From Octopus sinensis (lineage: Eukaryota), in assembly GCF_006345805.1 (NCBI RefSeq), contig NC_043011.1, forward strand, positions 60,090,464-60,154,463: DNA of 64,000 nt. The letters run 5' to 3'. Made by a program: the position numbers and the translations under genes. The notes beneath the pieces are model-generated. The model saw only the letters and a program-made list of their open reading frames with translations, was not told where the DNA came from and ran no database searches. Positions 36,635 through 49,770 of the stretch are shown piece after piece; position 1 is the stretch's first letter; the number at the start of each line of letters is the position of its first letter.

Positions 36635-39600
36635 TTAGTTAGTTAGATACAAATATATATAAATATATATGTACAGCCACACATATATTCACGTACATAT
36701 GCATACACACACACATCTTTCTTTTATTTGTTTCAGCTATATTAGGGCACCGTCTTGAAAGGGGTAGTCACGTAAATCAAACCCAGTGCTTTTTTTTCCT
36801 CCTAAGCATAGAACTGATTCTATTAGTTCCTTTTTGCCGAACCACTAAGTTACAGGGATGGACACAACCAACACCAGTTACCAAATGGTTTGTACGGGAC
36901 AAACACAAAGATACCCGCCCACTTCCACACACACATTTGAGAGGCTACTTTCCGTGGTGGTCTAACAAACCCATTCACAAGGCTTTGGTTGGCCTGGGGC
37001 TATAGAAGAAGACACTTGCCCAAGGTGCAGTGTGTGACACCTTTTTTGAATATATATATTCATGATGATGATGATGACACATCTCTATATCAATACACAT
37101 ACATATATGTACAAAGATATATACACCACCTTCAGTTCCACTGCATAACACCTTGGGCCAACCAAAGCCTTGTGAGTGGATTTGGTGGAGAGAAACTGAA
37201 AGAAGCCTATCGTATATAAGTATCTAAGCATGTCTTTGTGTCTGTGTTTGTCCCCATCACCACCCCACCCCACCACCACTTGACACCACTGCTGTTGGTA
37301 TGTTTATGTCCCCATAACTTAGCAGTTTGGTTAAAGAGACCAAGAGGGTAAGTAACAGGCTTAAACAAATATGTTCTGGGGTTGATGCATTCGACTAAAG
37401 TTTTTCAAGGTGTTGCCCCAGCATGGACGCAGTCTAATAATGAACAAGTAAAAGATGAAGACACACACACACACATGCTTGATGCTTCATTGACCCCCAT
37501 TATGGTAGAAAAGGGAGTTTAACATGGCTGAAAAATCAAACCCAAACTTTCTTTGCTAACTTGTTACACATTCACCTCATCAATAACTATACATACATAC
37601 ACATGACTATATATACATATACATACACACACCTATATATATATACATATATTTTTGATACCTAAATTATACTTTAGGCTCTGAAAAAGATTGCCTTGGC
37701 ACATGTTCAACAGCACAGACATTCATAGAAGAAGCCAAAAGAGGGTGGAACAGTTTCTACATAGTTGCCTTCCTCACTAGAAATAGCAGCCAAATTTTCC
37801 TTAACTCACAGCCTACTGTCTTAAAAAAGGAAGGAGACTTAATACAACCTTAGATATACCTGAACAGAAGCGGAGGACATATTCACCAAAAAGCTAAAAT
37901 GTTTTATTGAATAAGTCAACTTAATCAAAGATAAACTGAAGTTTTATTATGAGAAAAACAACCGCAGTAGAGGTGACAAACAGCACTGGTGAATGACCTT
38001 TTCATTTTAGTATAATAGGCTGGAGCTTCAAACCAGATAACCTGAACAATAGCTCCTAATAAACCAATGTGAGAGATTATATGTGAGCCATCAAGAGCAT
38101 TCTAAATGTTGAAGTGAACAAGTTTGAACAAGCACAGATAAATAGAGAGGATGACCATAACTTTAGTTATAGTGGTCTATCTTTTGGGCAAGAGTATGTA
38201 TTTATTTGATCGGCAAGGTCATATGACAATGTGGGATCCATTACATGGTTATTTGACCTGCACAAAATAATAACCAAATCTTCCATAAATTACCCCCTGC
38301 CATCTTAGAAAAAGAACATATTGGATAATATAGAGCTACACCTCTCTGAAAAAAAGGCAGACCTGTTACCTGTTGCTATTGGGATGCAAGCTGGAACTTG
38401 ATCCACCAGAGGTGGGTCAACTGGATAAGCAGGGTCGTCTGATGTTGTAAACCCAAAATCCTCATATGACTCTAAGAACTTCAACTATAGTGCTGAATTC
38501 CAGAGTGTGCATGTGATGTATCTTGGAACCAAATTATTAAAAGCAGCATCAATATAAATTCAATAATTTCATTTCTATTTGAAAATGAATGCAGTGCAGG
38601 GTTATTGAATAAAACATACTTACTGATTGATGTTCAGTGCGAAAAGGGAAAAGGGAAAAACTGGAATGCTTTTGATTATAGGTTTATTCAATCAAGGTTG
38701 AATTGTGAGCTAAATAACGAAACAAGCCCCCAAATTAACACCCACACTAAGCAAGCTTTTAAACTCCTCTCTCTCTTTCTTCCTGTTTTTGTTAACAGAC
38801 CTGCTCAATTTATAGTGCATAAATGTGTCTTCTTGATGCTAAAGAAAGGAAACTGCTCTGTTCCTTATATCTACTTTTCTGCTACATTCACTTCTAACAT
38901 GTTTTGAAGTAGAAATAGTCATCATTAAGTTCTCCCTAAAACATCTTCACTAACTTTCTTTCCCTAACAATCATTACTAAGACATCTGTTGATTATATAC
39001 TCTATAACATAATTACACAAGCTCCCTATATAGAAAAAAATGACATTGAAACCTAGGGCTAAATTACTTATATTTAAAAATGCTTCATTTACAACATTTG
39101 ATATATTTCCAAGCCTTGTGTTACTCTCCTGTCCTCTCCAAGGATCAATGACCCTCACCACAAACTCTTCATTACTTCATGAATTATCAACTGACAATCA
39201 GTCTAACCCTCTAAATACAAATGCATATGGAAATTTTCCAATTCTGTTTAAAATCTTTTGAAACCTCAAGATCTAAAGATCTTGGCAAACATTAATAGTT
39301 CCTACCAGTAGGAATACTTAATTCCCTCAATTAAAGATTTTCTTGAATTGTGATCATAAAATTGATGCATAATAATTTCACAACATCAATTTTACCTAAT
39401 TTACACTAATTAATTTCACCTGTGAAGGCACATGACCTAACAGTTACAGTATTCAGGTAAGGATTGTAAATGCTTGGAGGTTCAATTCCCAAACAGGATG
39501 GCACATTGTGTCATTGAGTAATGCACTTCACTTCACATTGCTCCAGTCTGCTGCTCAGCTTTAAAGGAGTACCAGCTGAGTGCTGGTACAACTTTCTCCA

Positions 39601-39667
39601 CTTCTGACTGTCACTTTCTGGATATACCACAGAGCCAAAGAGTGGAGTGTCCTCATGTGGCCCTGAG

Positions 39668-39799
39668 GCATCCTTCCAGTGACCCTCAAGCATCCTTCTA
39701 GTGGTTCTTAAGCATCCTTCCAGTGACCCTGAAGCATTCTTCCAGTGGCCCTTAAGCATGCTTCCAGTGACCCTGAAGCATCCTTCCAGTGACCCTCAA
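39668..39799. repeat. 22-bp minisatellite, 6 copies (gcatccttccagtgaccct(c/g)aa)
   Basis: Units start at 39668, 39690, 39712, 39734, 39756 and 39778, with no spacers. Confidence 0.92.
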
Positions 39800-41248
39800 T
39801 GGTCTTCCCTCTATAAATATATTTTTTTCTTTCATTGACCAGTGTTTCATATGTTTTGGTGCAGCCCCTAAAACAATCCAGGTTGAGAACCACAGGTGTA
39901 GAGGGTGTCTTATGGTTGCTCGTGTCTACTTAGGCACCTGAAACAATTAACAAACACGTGGTACATGTTATAAAACCACGATCATTTCTGAATCACAGCT
40001 GGCTTTTTTAATTTCATTCACACATTTGCACATCTCTCCACATACAAAAGCACAGATCATATTTTTAGATTTTCCTTTTCACTGATTACACAGAACATCA
40101 ATCAACATCAATGTTTTATTCAACAGGCATGAACTGCATTCATTTTTGAACTGATCAGAAACAATCTAATTTATATTGATATTTCTTGTAATATCTATAT
40201 ATCAATAAAGCTATGCCGATGAATTGCTAGAAATGGTAGTGTCAAACAAAATGCCTTGTAACATTTAGTGACATCCTTTTATGAATGCAAAAAACCCATC
40301 AAAATCTACTGTCATCATCATCATCATTTAACGTCCATTTCCTATGTTGGCATATGTTAGACGGGTCGAGAAGAGCTGGCAAGCTGGAGAGGTGCATCAG
40401 ATTCCATTTGTCTGTTTCGGCAAGGTTTCTATGGCTGGATGCCTTTCCTAATGCCAACCTCTATACAGAGTGTACTAGGTGTCTTTTATGTGGCATCAGT
40501 ACAAGTGTTTTTTATGCGACACCAACATGGGTATTTTTAATGTAACACCAGAACGAGTGTATTTTATGTGACACCAGCATGGTTTTTAAAGAATTTTTAT
40601 ATATGGCACCACCAACTGTGAGCTCACAGGACAAGGATCTCTCGGTTGTGAGAGGGAGTGGAACCAATAGATTAGGGTAATAATTCTGGTATGGGGTGAA
40701 ACAATAAAATTTGTAGCCTTCTGTCTATGTTACAAATCAAAATATCAAACTAAAGGTGTTGAACATTTTTGTACATGAAGGAGGATACAAGAAGTGTGTG
40801 AAAGGGCAAATGGAATTGTGCAACTTTAGAGAACTAGATTTCAGGACAATAGAAGAGTGAAAAAAATTCAAAAATACATCTGCTCTGATCGTTAACTCCT
40901 TATATCTCATTACACTAACTTTTTGCGGAAACACTGAATATAATGCAATCTCTTATTGGAATGAAATGTGTAATTTATATTTTTCTATTGTTGTCTTATT
41001 TCAATGTAATTTACATGTATGGAAATGAAAGTATAACATAAAAATATAAAAAAAATAAAAGTAGAGGAAATGCTAAATCCATTGTGTGGTATCTGTGCGG
41101 AAATAACAACGGAGCTAAGATTCAGTGTACAGTTCGTCTCCTCATTTTCACAAAATATTCACAATAAGTAGAACACTATTTTCATATAATTGTTAGAAGT
41201 GCTTGCTATGCCTTCAGCAAAATACCTCACTGAATCATTATTCATGAG

Positions 41249-41249
41249 A

Positions 41250-41323
<74 letters not shown>

Positions 41324-41452
41324 AATAATAATATTAATAATAATAATAATAATAACAATTATGATGATGATAATAATAGTAATAAATATTGATGATGATG
41401 ATGATGATGATAATGATGATGGTGATGATGGTAATGATGATGATGATGATGT
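41249..41452. repeat. (AAT)n-(GAT)n compound microsatellite
   Basis: Read directly. Confidence 0.95.
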
Positions 41453-42391
41453 ATGCATGTGAGCTTATATTACCCTTGTTTTCAGCCTATGTTTGCTGGT
41501 TGTAAACAAAGGCCACACTAATGGCATCAAATGGAAGCATGCTGGACTTTTCAACATGTCATGACAATGTGGGATTTCGTAAACAAATGGCTCATTCATA
41601 CAGTGTCATTTAATTTCAGTTGTATGTGTAAAGCAATGTCTTAATTGTTAATTGTTTGATAGACTGGGAGACTATTACCTTGCCTGGAAACAGGAGTTGG
41701 GGTGGCATTGGTAAAACTATTTTACCAATGCCACTGTCCTCCGGTTCCCAGGCAAGAAAAGCTTTGCCCCAACTTACTTTCATTTGACCCATGTAAATAT
41801 AGAGAAGTAGGTATTAAAATGATGATGATGGTGATGATGTCAATAGGCCCTTGCATACAATTTCTATCAATCAAACTGCACTTAGAAAACATCAATCAAT
41901 TTCAAGCTAGGATAACAGACCCATGCCCATAGTACTAAAGGGTGAGATCAAACTGGGAACCTTATGGTTGTACATCAAGTACCTTAACCACCTATCCATG
42001 CCTGTATTGAGTATACCTGATGAAGAATTCTGAAATGTTTATTATAATTTTTGTTATCTTTTCAAACATTGTTTTTAATCATATATTTTATAATATTAAA
42101 ACAAATACATAACACCAAAACAATTTGCGTAGTAAATTTCCATGAACACTAAATCTGAATGTTATATTAACATTCCATTATTTTTGTAACCATCAATTAG
42201 TTTTCCAAGCAATAAAGATTTTTTAAATAGATTTTACAATAAAAACGGGGGAATAAAATGCGAGTCTTAAAATAAAATAGTTTTTTATGAATTTCATGAG
42301 ACCTGTTGAAGAAAAGTAAAAAAAATTAAAAATTAAAAAAAAAAGGTATGGTTGGAAATAAATGGATGATGCAAATAATAAGAATATTAAC

Positions 42392-42460
42392 CTTTCCACA
42401 CTGTTTACATTTTCCTTCCTGGCGTCGAAGATGTACCCAGTGATGTCTCATATTCGTTGG
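42392..42460 (-). CDS. DGKZ: Diacylglycerol kinase type IV (zeta/iota, rdgA-like), exon encoding the start of the second C1 domain
   Basis: Strong acceptor ttttttttcctttgcag, then [23 protein letters not shown], then donor AAG|GTTAAT. It is 69 nt, phase 0-0. It matches vertebrate DGKzeta [23 protein letters not shown] in sequence and length (from recall). Zeta and iota cannot be separated. Confidence 0.9.
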
Positions 42461-43674
42461 CTGCAAAGGAAAAAAAACACAGAGAGATATAGATAGAAGT
42501 AAAGTAAAATAAGATTAAAAAAATTCTTTTAATTCCAAGAAGAGTTACATCTACAGACATATCATGAAATAAATATAGCATGGCTATTCATTCTCGTAAT
42601 GGCAGCAACTATATTTTTCATAAATAAATCCAACTATATTTATATTTCATAGCTATATCACACATCAACTCATGACGAAATTGAGAGAGAAAAAAAAATG
42701 ATCAGAATATAAAAAAGAAAGTGTAAAGAGTAAAAAGAAAGTGTAAAGAAATAATGATCACGCACACAGTATTCTTCCACGTTTATAAATCTTTAAAAAT
42801 GACAAAATAAACCAAGAAATAAATGAATAAATAAAGGATTCCTCCACATCGCAGCAACATCATAAATGATATCTACTTACTATTTTCCATGCTAGCAAGA
42901 GGTTGGATTTGATTAATATGGAAAGTAGTTTAGATTGATTCAAAGGTGTATGGGAATCAAAGTTATAAGAAACACTAAATTGCTTTTTAGCTTTTAAGCA
43001 CCAGTGAACAACATTCTGTCTTTTTTTTTTTTCTTTCTAGGAAGATTTTGAAGTTAAACATGTATTTGAAGAATGTTTTTATGAAAAAATGTTTCTATCA
43101 ACTTGTTAGAATCCGGAATCACGTTCCATTTTTCAGTTATGCATGAGTTAAATGGGCGAGAGATATATATTTCCATCTCTTGTCTGCATGACTTCATCTC
43201 TACTCTTCTGCAATCCATTGCCTCACATCAAATGTCATCTTGTAGCTTCTATTCATCATTGAAAATGTATAATCTTACATAGAATCTAGGATATATAATT
43301 ATTGCCCACATCACACAACTAGTGCTTAGTATTTAGCCCCTGGTCTGTCCTGTTTGAGTTGAACTATGACCAAAAATGTTCTAGCTATTATCACCCATCT
43401 TTATTTTCAGGCATGCTATATTTATGATGGTAGAATGTGATTTGAGGGAAAATTAGTAGCTATTTCTAGCAGATCATGCAACTGCTTAGAAATTCTCTCA
43501 CTGCTCATTCAGTATATATATTAGTTTCTATTGGACAAGCGATTCAATTTGATGTTATTCTCAGGTGAAATCAAGGTGCAAAGTGTGCAGAAATGAGAGA
43601 CAGACAGCAGCAAATAAAAGAGGCTTTTTTTCTGTCACACAATCAGACTCGACCTAGTTTCTGATTACATACAG

Positions 43675-43805
43675 CAGGAAGTCGTTTTCAAGCAGAGGCT
43701 CCTTGGTGATATACAACAGGTGCTGAATAATGTAACATATTGGAAGGCTGCTATATTTGCCCAAAGCTCAAACATGGCCAGCTTGGTTACTAATGCAAAA
43801 ATGAA
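43675..43805 (+). CDS. Candidate coding exon, unknown product
   Basis: Acceptor ttctgattacatacag, frame QEVVFKQRLLGDIQQVLNNVTYWKAAIFAQSSNMASLVTNAKM and donor AA|GTAATA. Confidence 0.22.
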
Positions 43806-43937
43806 GTAATACATAGCAGTAACTATGAGTGATGGTGCCATCTTCTCTTTTAATCTACTAGTCTTGGAGATTCTGCAAAGATCCTGAGTGATGAAAGTCT
43901 TCTTTTGACAATTTAAAATAAAACTGTATATGTTTCA

Positions 43938-44130
43938 CCCTTTAGCCCTCTGTCAAAGGTAATGTATATCTGTCGACATTGCTTTGAATTAATGAAGCAT
44001 ATCTCATAGATTTGAGATATTGTTGATGTGATTGTTTATCTTTAGAATGACATTGTAGAGTAGGTGTGAGAGACTGGACCTGGTCAGTAGAATATTTGGG
44101 CTGGATATGACTGATTTAAATACTAAAGGG
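43938..44130. mobile_element. piggyBac-like MITE
   Basis: Termini ccctttag...ctaaaggg with ttaa on the right and ttca on the left. Colinear with 46686-46907. Confidence 0.7.
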
Positions 44131-44945
44131 TTAAAAAGGGCACAAGTATGGTAATTAAAGTGACATGCTATAAGCCCTAGCAGGGTACAATGGGTATTAT
44201 TACAACCCTTGATATTAGAATATTCTTTAAAACATTGCAATGCTCAAACCTTAAACTATCACAGTTCTGTGACAAACTGAACTAAGGAAAGGATTGAAAA
44301 AAATTGGAGAGGAGGAAAACAATCCATTTGATTATTTTATATTAATTGGGTGCAGATATGATCTTGTGGTTAAGAAGTCTGCCCCATGATAATGGGTCTC
44401 TGGATTCTATTCCGCTACACAACACCCTGGGCAAATGTTTTCAACCACAGCCTTGGGTTGACCAATGCATCTTTGGTAGACAGACACTGTGCAGAAATCC
44501 ATTGTATGTGTGTGCTTGTGTGTATACATATACACACATGTATATCAAGAAATATTTGTATATTAGCAAGAAATTGCTGATGAATCACTGAAACGGATGA
44601 AAAATACCTTGTCGTAATTATTTTGTTTGAGGTGCACTGATGCATCCCTATCATTTATGCCATCAGAAATACAATGTACCAATAATTAACCAGTTGGGAA
44701 TCTATAACCAACATTGCTACTCACCCACAAATCATATAATTTATACTGATTATAACAACTAAATTCTCTGCTGGATTAGTTTACTTAATCATTATGAATC
44801 TTTAGTAGAGCATGGCAGAGACACCTAGCTTGAAATAGATATTAAATTGTTTATATTGCTATATAAAAAAAGGATTATTACAAAATTAGCCAAAATAGTT
44901 ATCTTTGATACCAGGCTCTTTTTTGTTAGAATATTATTTTAGGTT

Positions 44946-45158
44946 GAAGGCGCTGAGCTGGCAGAAACGTTAGCTCACTGGGTGAAATGCTTAGCGGTAT
45001 TTTGTCTGCCTTTATGTTCTGAGTTCAAATTCTGCCGGGGTCAACTTTGCCTTTCATACTTTCGGGGTTGATAAATTAAGTAGCAGTTACATACTGGGGT
45101 CAATCTAATCAACTGATTCCCTCTCTCCAAATTTCGGGCCTTGTGCCTAGAGTAGAAA
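44946..45158 (+). mobile_element. SINE, family E, with 18-bp TSD
   Basis: agaatattattttaggtt occurs at 44928-44945 and 45159-45176. Confidence 0.9.
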
Positions 45159-46685
45159 AGAATATTATTTTAGGTTAAATTTCCTGATTTTCCACTGCCT
45201 GTTGTTCGTTTCTGTAATGTTTAATATCCTTTTTGAGATTGACAATCTTAGCAGTTAATTCAGTCATAATTTGATATTTAAAATGATTAACCAGAAATAA
45301 AGTGGTAGCTGGAATTCAAATCTGTTTCTTTTGTTTTGACAAGATAAATTTTCTTCTGATGGGATTACAAAAATATAATAAAAATTTAAGCTTTAATAAA
45401 TATGTTTGCTTAACTTATTTGGGGAACTATTTAATTTTATTTTAGCTTAGTTTTATTTTTTGCTGTTATTTGTTTACTGATATTATTGTGATTTGCAATA
45501 AAACTTAACATTTCTAGCTAACATAAGGAATGTTCCAAATGACGGGAAGCACGTTAACATGTTTCTGGCCACAAGAGAATTTTTCTGTTTTGAAACCATC
45601 TTTATTCTTTCAAAATGGAAAAGTATTCAAGAGAGATACAGCTTGATTAATTTTCTCTCCATTTTAAGATATATTTTACATTTATAGGCTACAAAAAATG
45701 TGTGAGAAAAGTTGTTGAGTCATTTAACCCCATGTAAATCCTGATCACTCAGATCTATAATGAAAGGTATTCCAGCTGTAATAGTCCCATCTTTCTGTTT
45801 TTTTAGGATATAAGGCACTATTGGCTCTGGATCATAATGCTATGATTTCAATTCCTGGACAGGCAGTGCATTATCTCCTTGAGCAAAGTGCTATATTTCA
45901 TGTTGTTCCTGTTTACTCAGCAGAAAATGAGTATCTGCTGAGTGCTAATGAAGTACTCTCTCTCTCTCTCTCCTTCACTTTGTCATATCTCAGATGTAAC
46001 ACTAGGTCAAAATGGTGGGAGAGTCAAGAGGGTTCCTATATCTGATTGCAACTACATAGGCATCTAAGATTGGCTCTAAAGGAGACTAGATTATCAAATA
46101 TTGACCTTTCCTTATTTAAAATAGTAGAAGGTGGGGGGGATGTTATTCAAAAGTGTCAGGGGTAGTGGAGTTATTATTAGTTATATAGCTTGGCATACTG
46201 ATTTCAAATCCTACCCTTGTTGGTTGTGATTTCTGTCCTTCATTGGTTGACAAAACAAGTATCAGTCAATTTCTGGCATTATAATCTACCAACCTTTCTC
46301 AAAATGAGTGAACCTGTACCTTCATTAGAAATCAATGTCAGAAAGAAGAAATGTTTATGCAATCTTAGATATACAAGGACAAAATAAGATTGCTTTTAGG
46401 ATTAACTAGAAGCACACAAAACAGTGTTGATTGAACTATATGTGTGTAAAATTACACTGAATACATTCTACATTACACTTAGACATAGAACGACCATCAC
46501 TGCAGAAATTGTATCAGAAAAAAAATTCTCTGTACTGATAATCAGTGAAAAAATGCATCTGTGGGCTATGAATGATGTCATTGGATTGTAGGACACAAGT
46601 GTTTCTGAATCCTTATGCTTCATCAGTTAGGGACACTGAATCCTTTGTTCATAATTCTCTAAGGAATAACCATTCTTATATTCAA

Positions 46686-46907
46686 CCCTTTAGTTATTAA
46701 GATTACTTTGTCAGATGTAATGTTTATTATTTATTCACCTTGTTTTGAATTAATCAAGTGTTGTCTCGTGGCTTCAAGATTTTGATGATGTGACTGTATT
46801 TTCGGAATGGCAATGTAAGGTGGATATGGGATGCCATCTCTGGCCAGTTTCAACATAAAACAGGCGGAATATCTGGGCCTGACACGGTCGGTTTAAATGC
46901 CAAAGGG
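46686..46907. mobile_element. piggyBac-like MITE
   Basis: ccctttag...ccaaaggg followed by ttaa. Internal similarity to 43938-44130. Confidence 0.72.
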
Positions 46908-47103
46908 TTAAACAGCAAATAGTAAATTTGCTCATGAGGGCAAAACTTGATTAAGCTGGAGTTAATGAATTAGAGGTGCAAAAAGCTGATTGAAATATGT
47001 CTGTGTACAATTATATTTCACACATTTACGTAGATCCAGATGTGGAAAAGCCTTCACTGTGGAAATTGTTTCAAGAAAAAAATTACTTTTAGTATATTTA
47101 CTT

Positions 47104-47364
47104 AGTGGAGGCACGTGGCTTAGTGGTTAGGGTGTCAGCATCATGATCATAAGATTGTGGTTTCGATTCCTGGACTGGGCGACGCGTTGTGTTCTTGAGC
47201 AAAACACTTCAATTCGTGTTGCTCCAGTCCACTCAGCTGGCAAAAATAAATAACGCTGAGATTGACTGGCATATCATCCAGCTGGGGAACACATACACCA
47301 TAGAAACCGGGAAACTGGGCCCATGAGCCTGGCTAGGCTTTAAAAGGGTGCATTTATTTTTTTA
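47104..47364 (+). mobile_element. tRNA-derived SINE (CORE/V-like central domain) with 10-bp TSD
   Basis: A-box tggcttagtggttagg and B-box gtttcgattcc. TSD atatttactt at 47094-47103 and 47365-47374. Confidence 0.82.
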
Positions 47365-48394
47365 ATATTTACTTTACACTGAAGATGCATGTCCTAGTTG
47401 GTTAGAGTGTTGGACTTGATAATAGTAAGTTTGTGGTTTCAATTCCCTGACCAGGTGATGCATTGTGCTTATGAACAAAACCCTTTCTTTCACACTAGTC
47501 CAGTACTCTCAACTGAAAATGCATACCAACAGCAGTTGGAGGTTAACCCTGAAAATGGACTGGTGTTCTGTTTAGGGTTTCATGAGGAAGTATTTTACTC
47601 TTTCATCTGCTTTATATCACAGAAACTGGGACCATCTTTGGCCTAATGAGCCTGTAGACTTGTGACAGACCTATTTTAACAGTACCTAATCCACAGGGCT
47701 GCTCTGGGATTAGACAAAATCAGCAAAAGTAACTCTATAATGTTTTTTGTTTACTCAAGATAACAAAACATTTCGTCCTTCTGATAATGATTTCTAATTA
47801 ATGAACAAGGTTGGAATGCTTGAGAAGACATTCCATCCATGACCAGTCCATATTTGTCCAAGGTATAATTTGCGCAGGACTCTATTATCTAATTTGCTTT
47901 TGTATAAGAAGTAATTTAAAGAAGATTTAGCTGCTATTTCTGGCAAATGATGCATCTATATAAAGGTGGTTGTTGTTTAGTATACTAGGTCAACCGTGAT
48001 TAAGCAGTTCTAAAATCAAAAGTATTCCAACCATGACTATCATGACAATTTAGGGAGAATATTGAGGAGTACATTATTCAATGTGTTCTTTTTCTTAATT
48101 TTCTGAAGATGGCTCAGGGCCATACGGGGGATATCTGGCTACTATTTCTAGCAGGCTGAGTGACTGCATTGATGTAGTTGCTGAAGGAGATGGTCGATGC
48201 TAGTTTATTTATAGCAACAACATTTTAGGAAGAAGCTGAAGGGAGAGAAAAGAGAAGGAAAAAAAATTCACAGACTCTTGATTAAAAAAAAATTAATGAA
48301 TTGAAGATCTCAGCTACATTGAGGTGGCAGTTTTAAGTACTTTGCCCTACTGTGTGTGTGTGTGGTGAGGAGTATGTATATTCATAAATATATA

Positions 48395-48443
<49 letters not shown>

Positions 48444-48849
48444 GTATATATATATACACACATATATGCATTCACACACACACATAAATACACACACATA
48501 TATATATATTTACGCCCTTCATTGAAGAATCGACAAGTAATGATTACTGATAGGGAAGTAATTAATTCTTTGACAGTGCAATATGCTACATCATGCTTAA
48601 TTTATTCCTCGAGTAGCTATCGAATGTTAACTTAATAGTGCTCAGCTAGTGAAAGTACATTTACAAAAACATGCATAGAGACACACCACACACATACACA
48701 CACACACACATAAATATATGTGAATGCATGTGTATATGTGAGTGTGTAGATATATGTGTATATATATATGTGTGTGTATATATGTACATACATATATATA
48801 TATATATATACACATATACATACAGATATATACATATATATATATACAT

Positions 48850-49100
48850 ATCATCATCATCATCATCATCGTTTAACGTCCATTCTCCATGCTAGCATGG
48901 GTTGGACGGTTCGACCGGGGATCTTGGAAGCCAGGAGGCTGCACCAGGCACCAGATTGATCTGGCAGTGTTTCTACAGCTGGATGCCCTTCCTAATGCCA
49001 ACCACTCCATGAGTGTAGTGGGTGCTTTTTGCGTGCCACCGGCACAGGTGCCAGGCAAGGCTGGCAATGGCCACGATCAGTTGGTGCTTTTTACTTGGTG
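48850..49100 (-). mobile_element. Family C retroposon
   Basis: (CAT)n-cgtttaacgtccattctccatgctagcatggg...ggatgcccttcctaatgccaacc on +. Confidence 0.85.
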
Positions 49101-49337
49101 CTTTTATGTATATATTTATTTGTCCTTGCATATGTTTAACATTCATGTATATTTTTATATTTCTATATTTTGAATGCATTAATATATGTTTTAGACAACT
49201 CTGTTATATTAGATCCGCACCAATCATAGTCTGCCTGAGTTGAACTTCCTCCTTGTATCTCTTGAACTTGTCTAGAGTCTTGGGTTTGACTCGAGCACTT
49301 CCATGCTTTCTATGATATTCTGAAGAAAATTTATAAT

Positions 49338-49414
<77 letters not shown>

Positions 49415-49770
49415 ATAGTCAGACTGAAGCATGTAAGATCTCTTCTGAGCAACTTACTCAAACCATGGCTTGACAATAATCTCTGCTGTCATGATGTAGG
49501 ATGCAACATTGACCTTAAAACTTTGCAGAGAAAAAGTGGTCATAACCCTCAAAACCATCACAAACTCAGCTTTTTAGACAATGTCTGACCATTGAGAGGG
49601 TGATTTTCTGGGGGGTTATTAATGCCCATGGAAGACACATTCACATTAAGATCTAAGAGCTCTCGTCTGATCTTAAACATGAAGTCCCTGGCAACATTTA
49701 AGAAGGTCGCAATTTCAGAATTACTTTTGTTGGCAGCAAGAGCAATAAGAACAACATGCTTTTTATTGTT
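49415..49770 (-). mobile_element. Tc1/mariner-superfamily transposase relic, internally deleted
   Basis: N-terminal HTH KKHVVLIALAANKSNSEIATFLNVARDFMFKIRREL, followed by catalytic remnant KVNVASYI..EIIVKPWFE*V..RSYMLQSD (cf. ..VKPW...yvFQQD). TIRs not found. Confidence 0.72.

Noticed and set aside
38370-38480. Minus-strand open segment LESYEDFGFTTSDDPAYPVDPPLVDQVPACIPIATG
   Set aside because: Protein-like, but the acceptor is weak, it does not match the DGK PVAILPLGTG motif, and it cannot be assigned.
39668-39799. Regular 22-bp repeats as a CRISPR array
   Set aside because: No unique spacers and a eukaryotic context. It is a minisatellite.
42011-42047. CUGAUGA-agaauucu-GAAA
   Set aside because: Both boxes are present but stem I does not pair and stem III is marginal. 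It could be a relic but is not supportable.
44570-44600. CUGAUGA-aucacu-GAAA
   Set aside because: No stem II, III or I pairing.
46585-46635. Minus-strand CUGAUGA..GAAA-CACUUGUG-UC
   Set aside because: Good stem III and GUC, but stems I and II do not form. Compatible with chance.
47104-47180. tRNA gene
   Set aside because: A/B boxes are present but there is no complete cloverleaf, and it continues into a SINE body with a TSD. The same applies to the other SINE heads.
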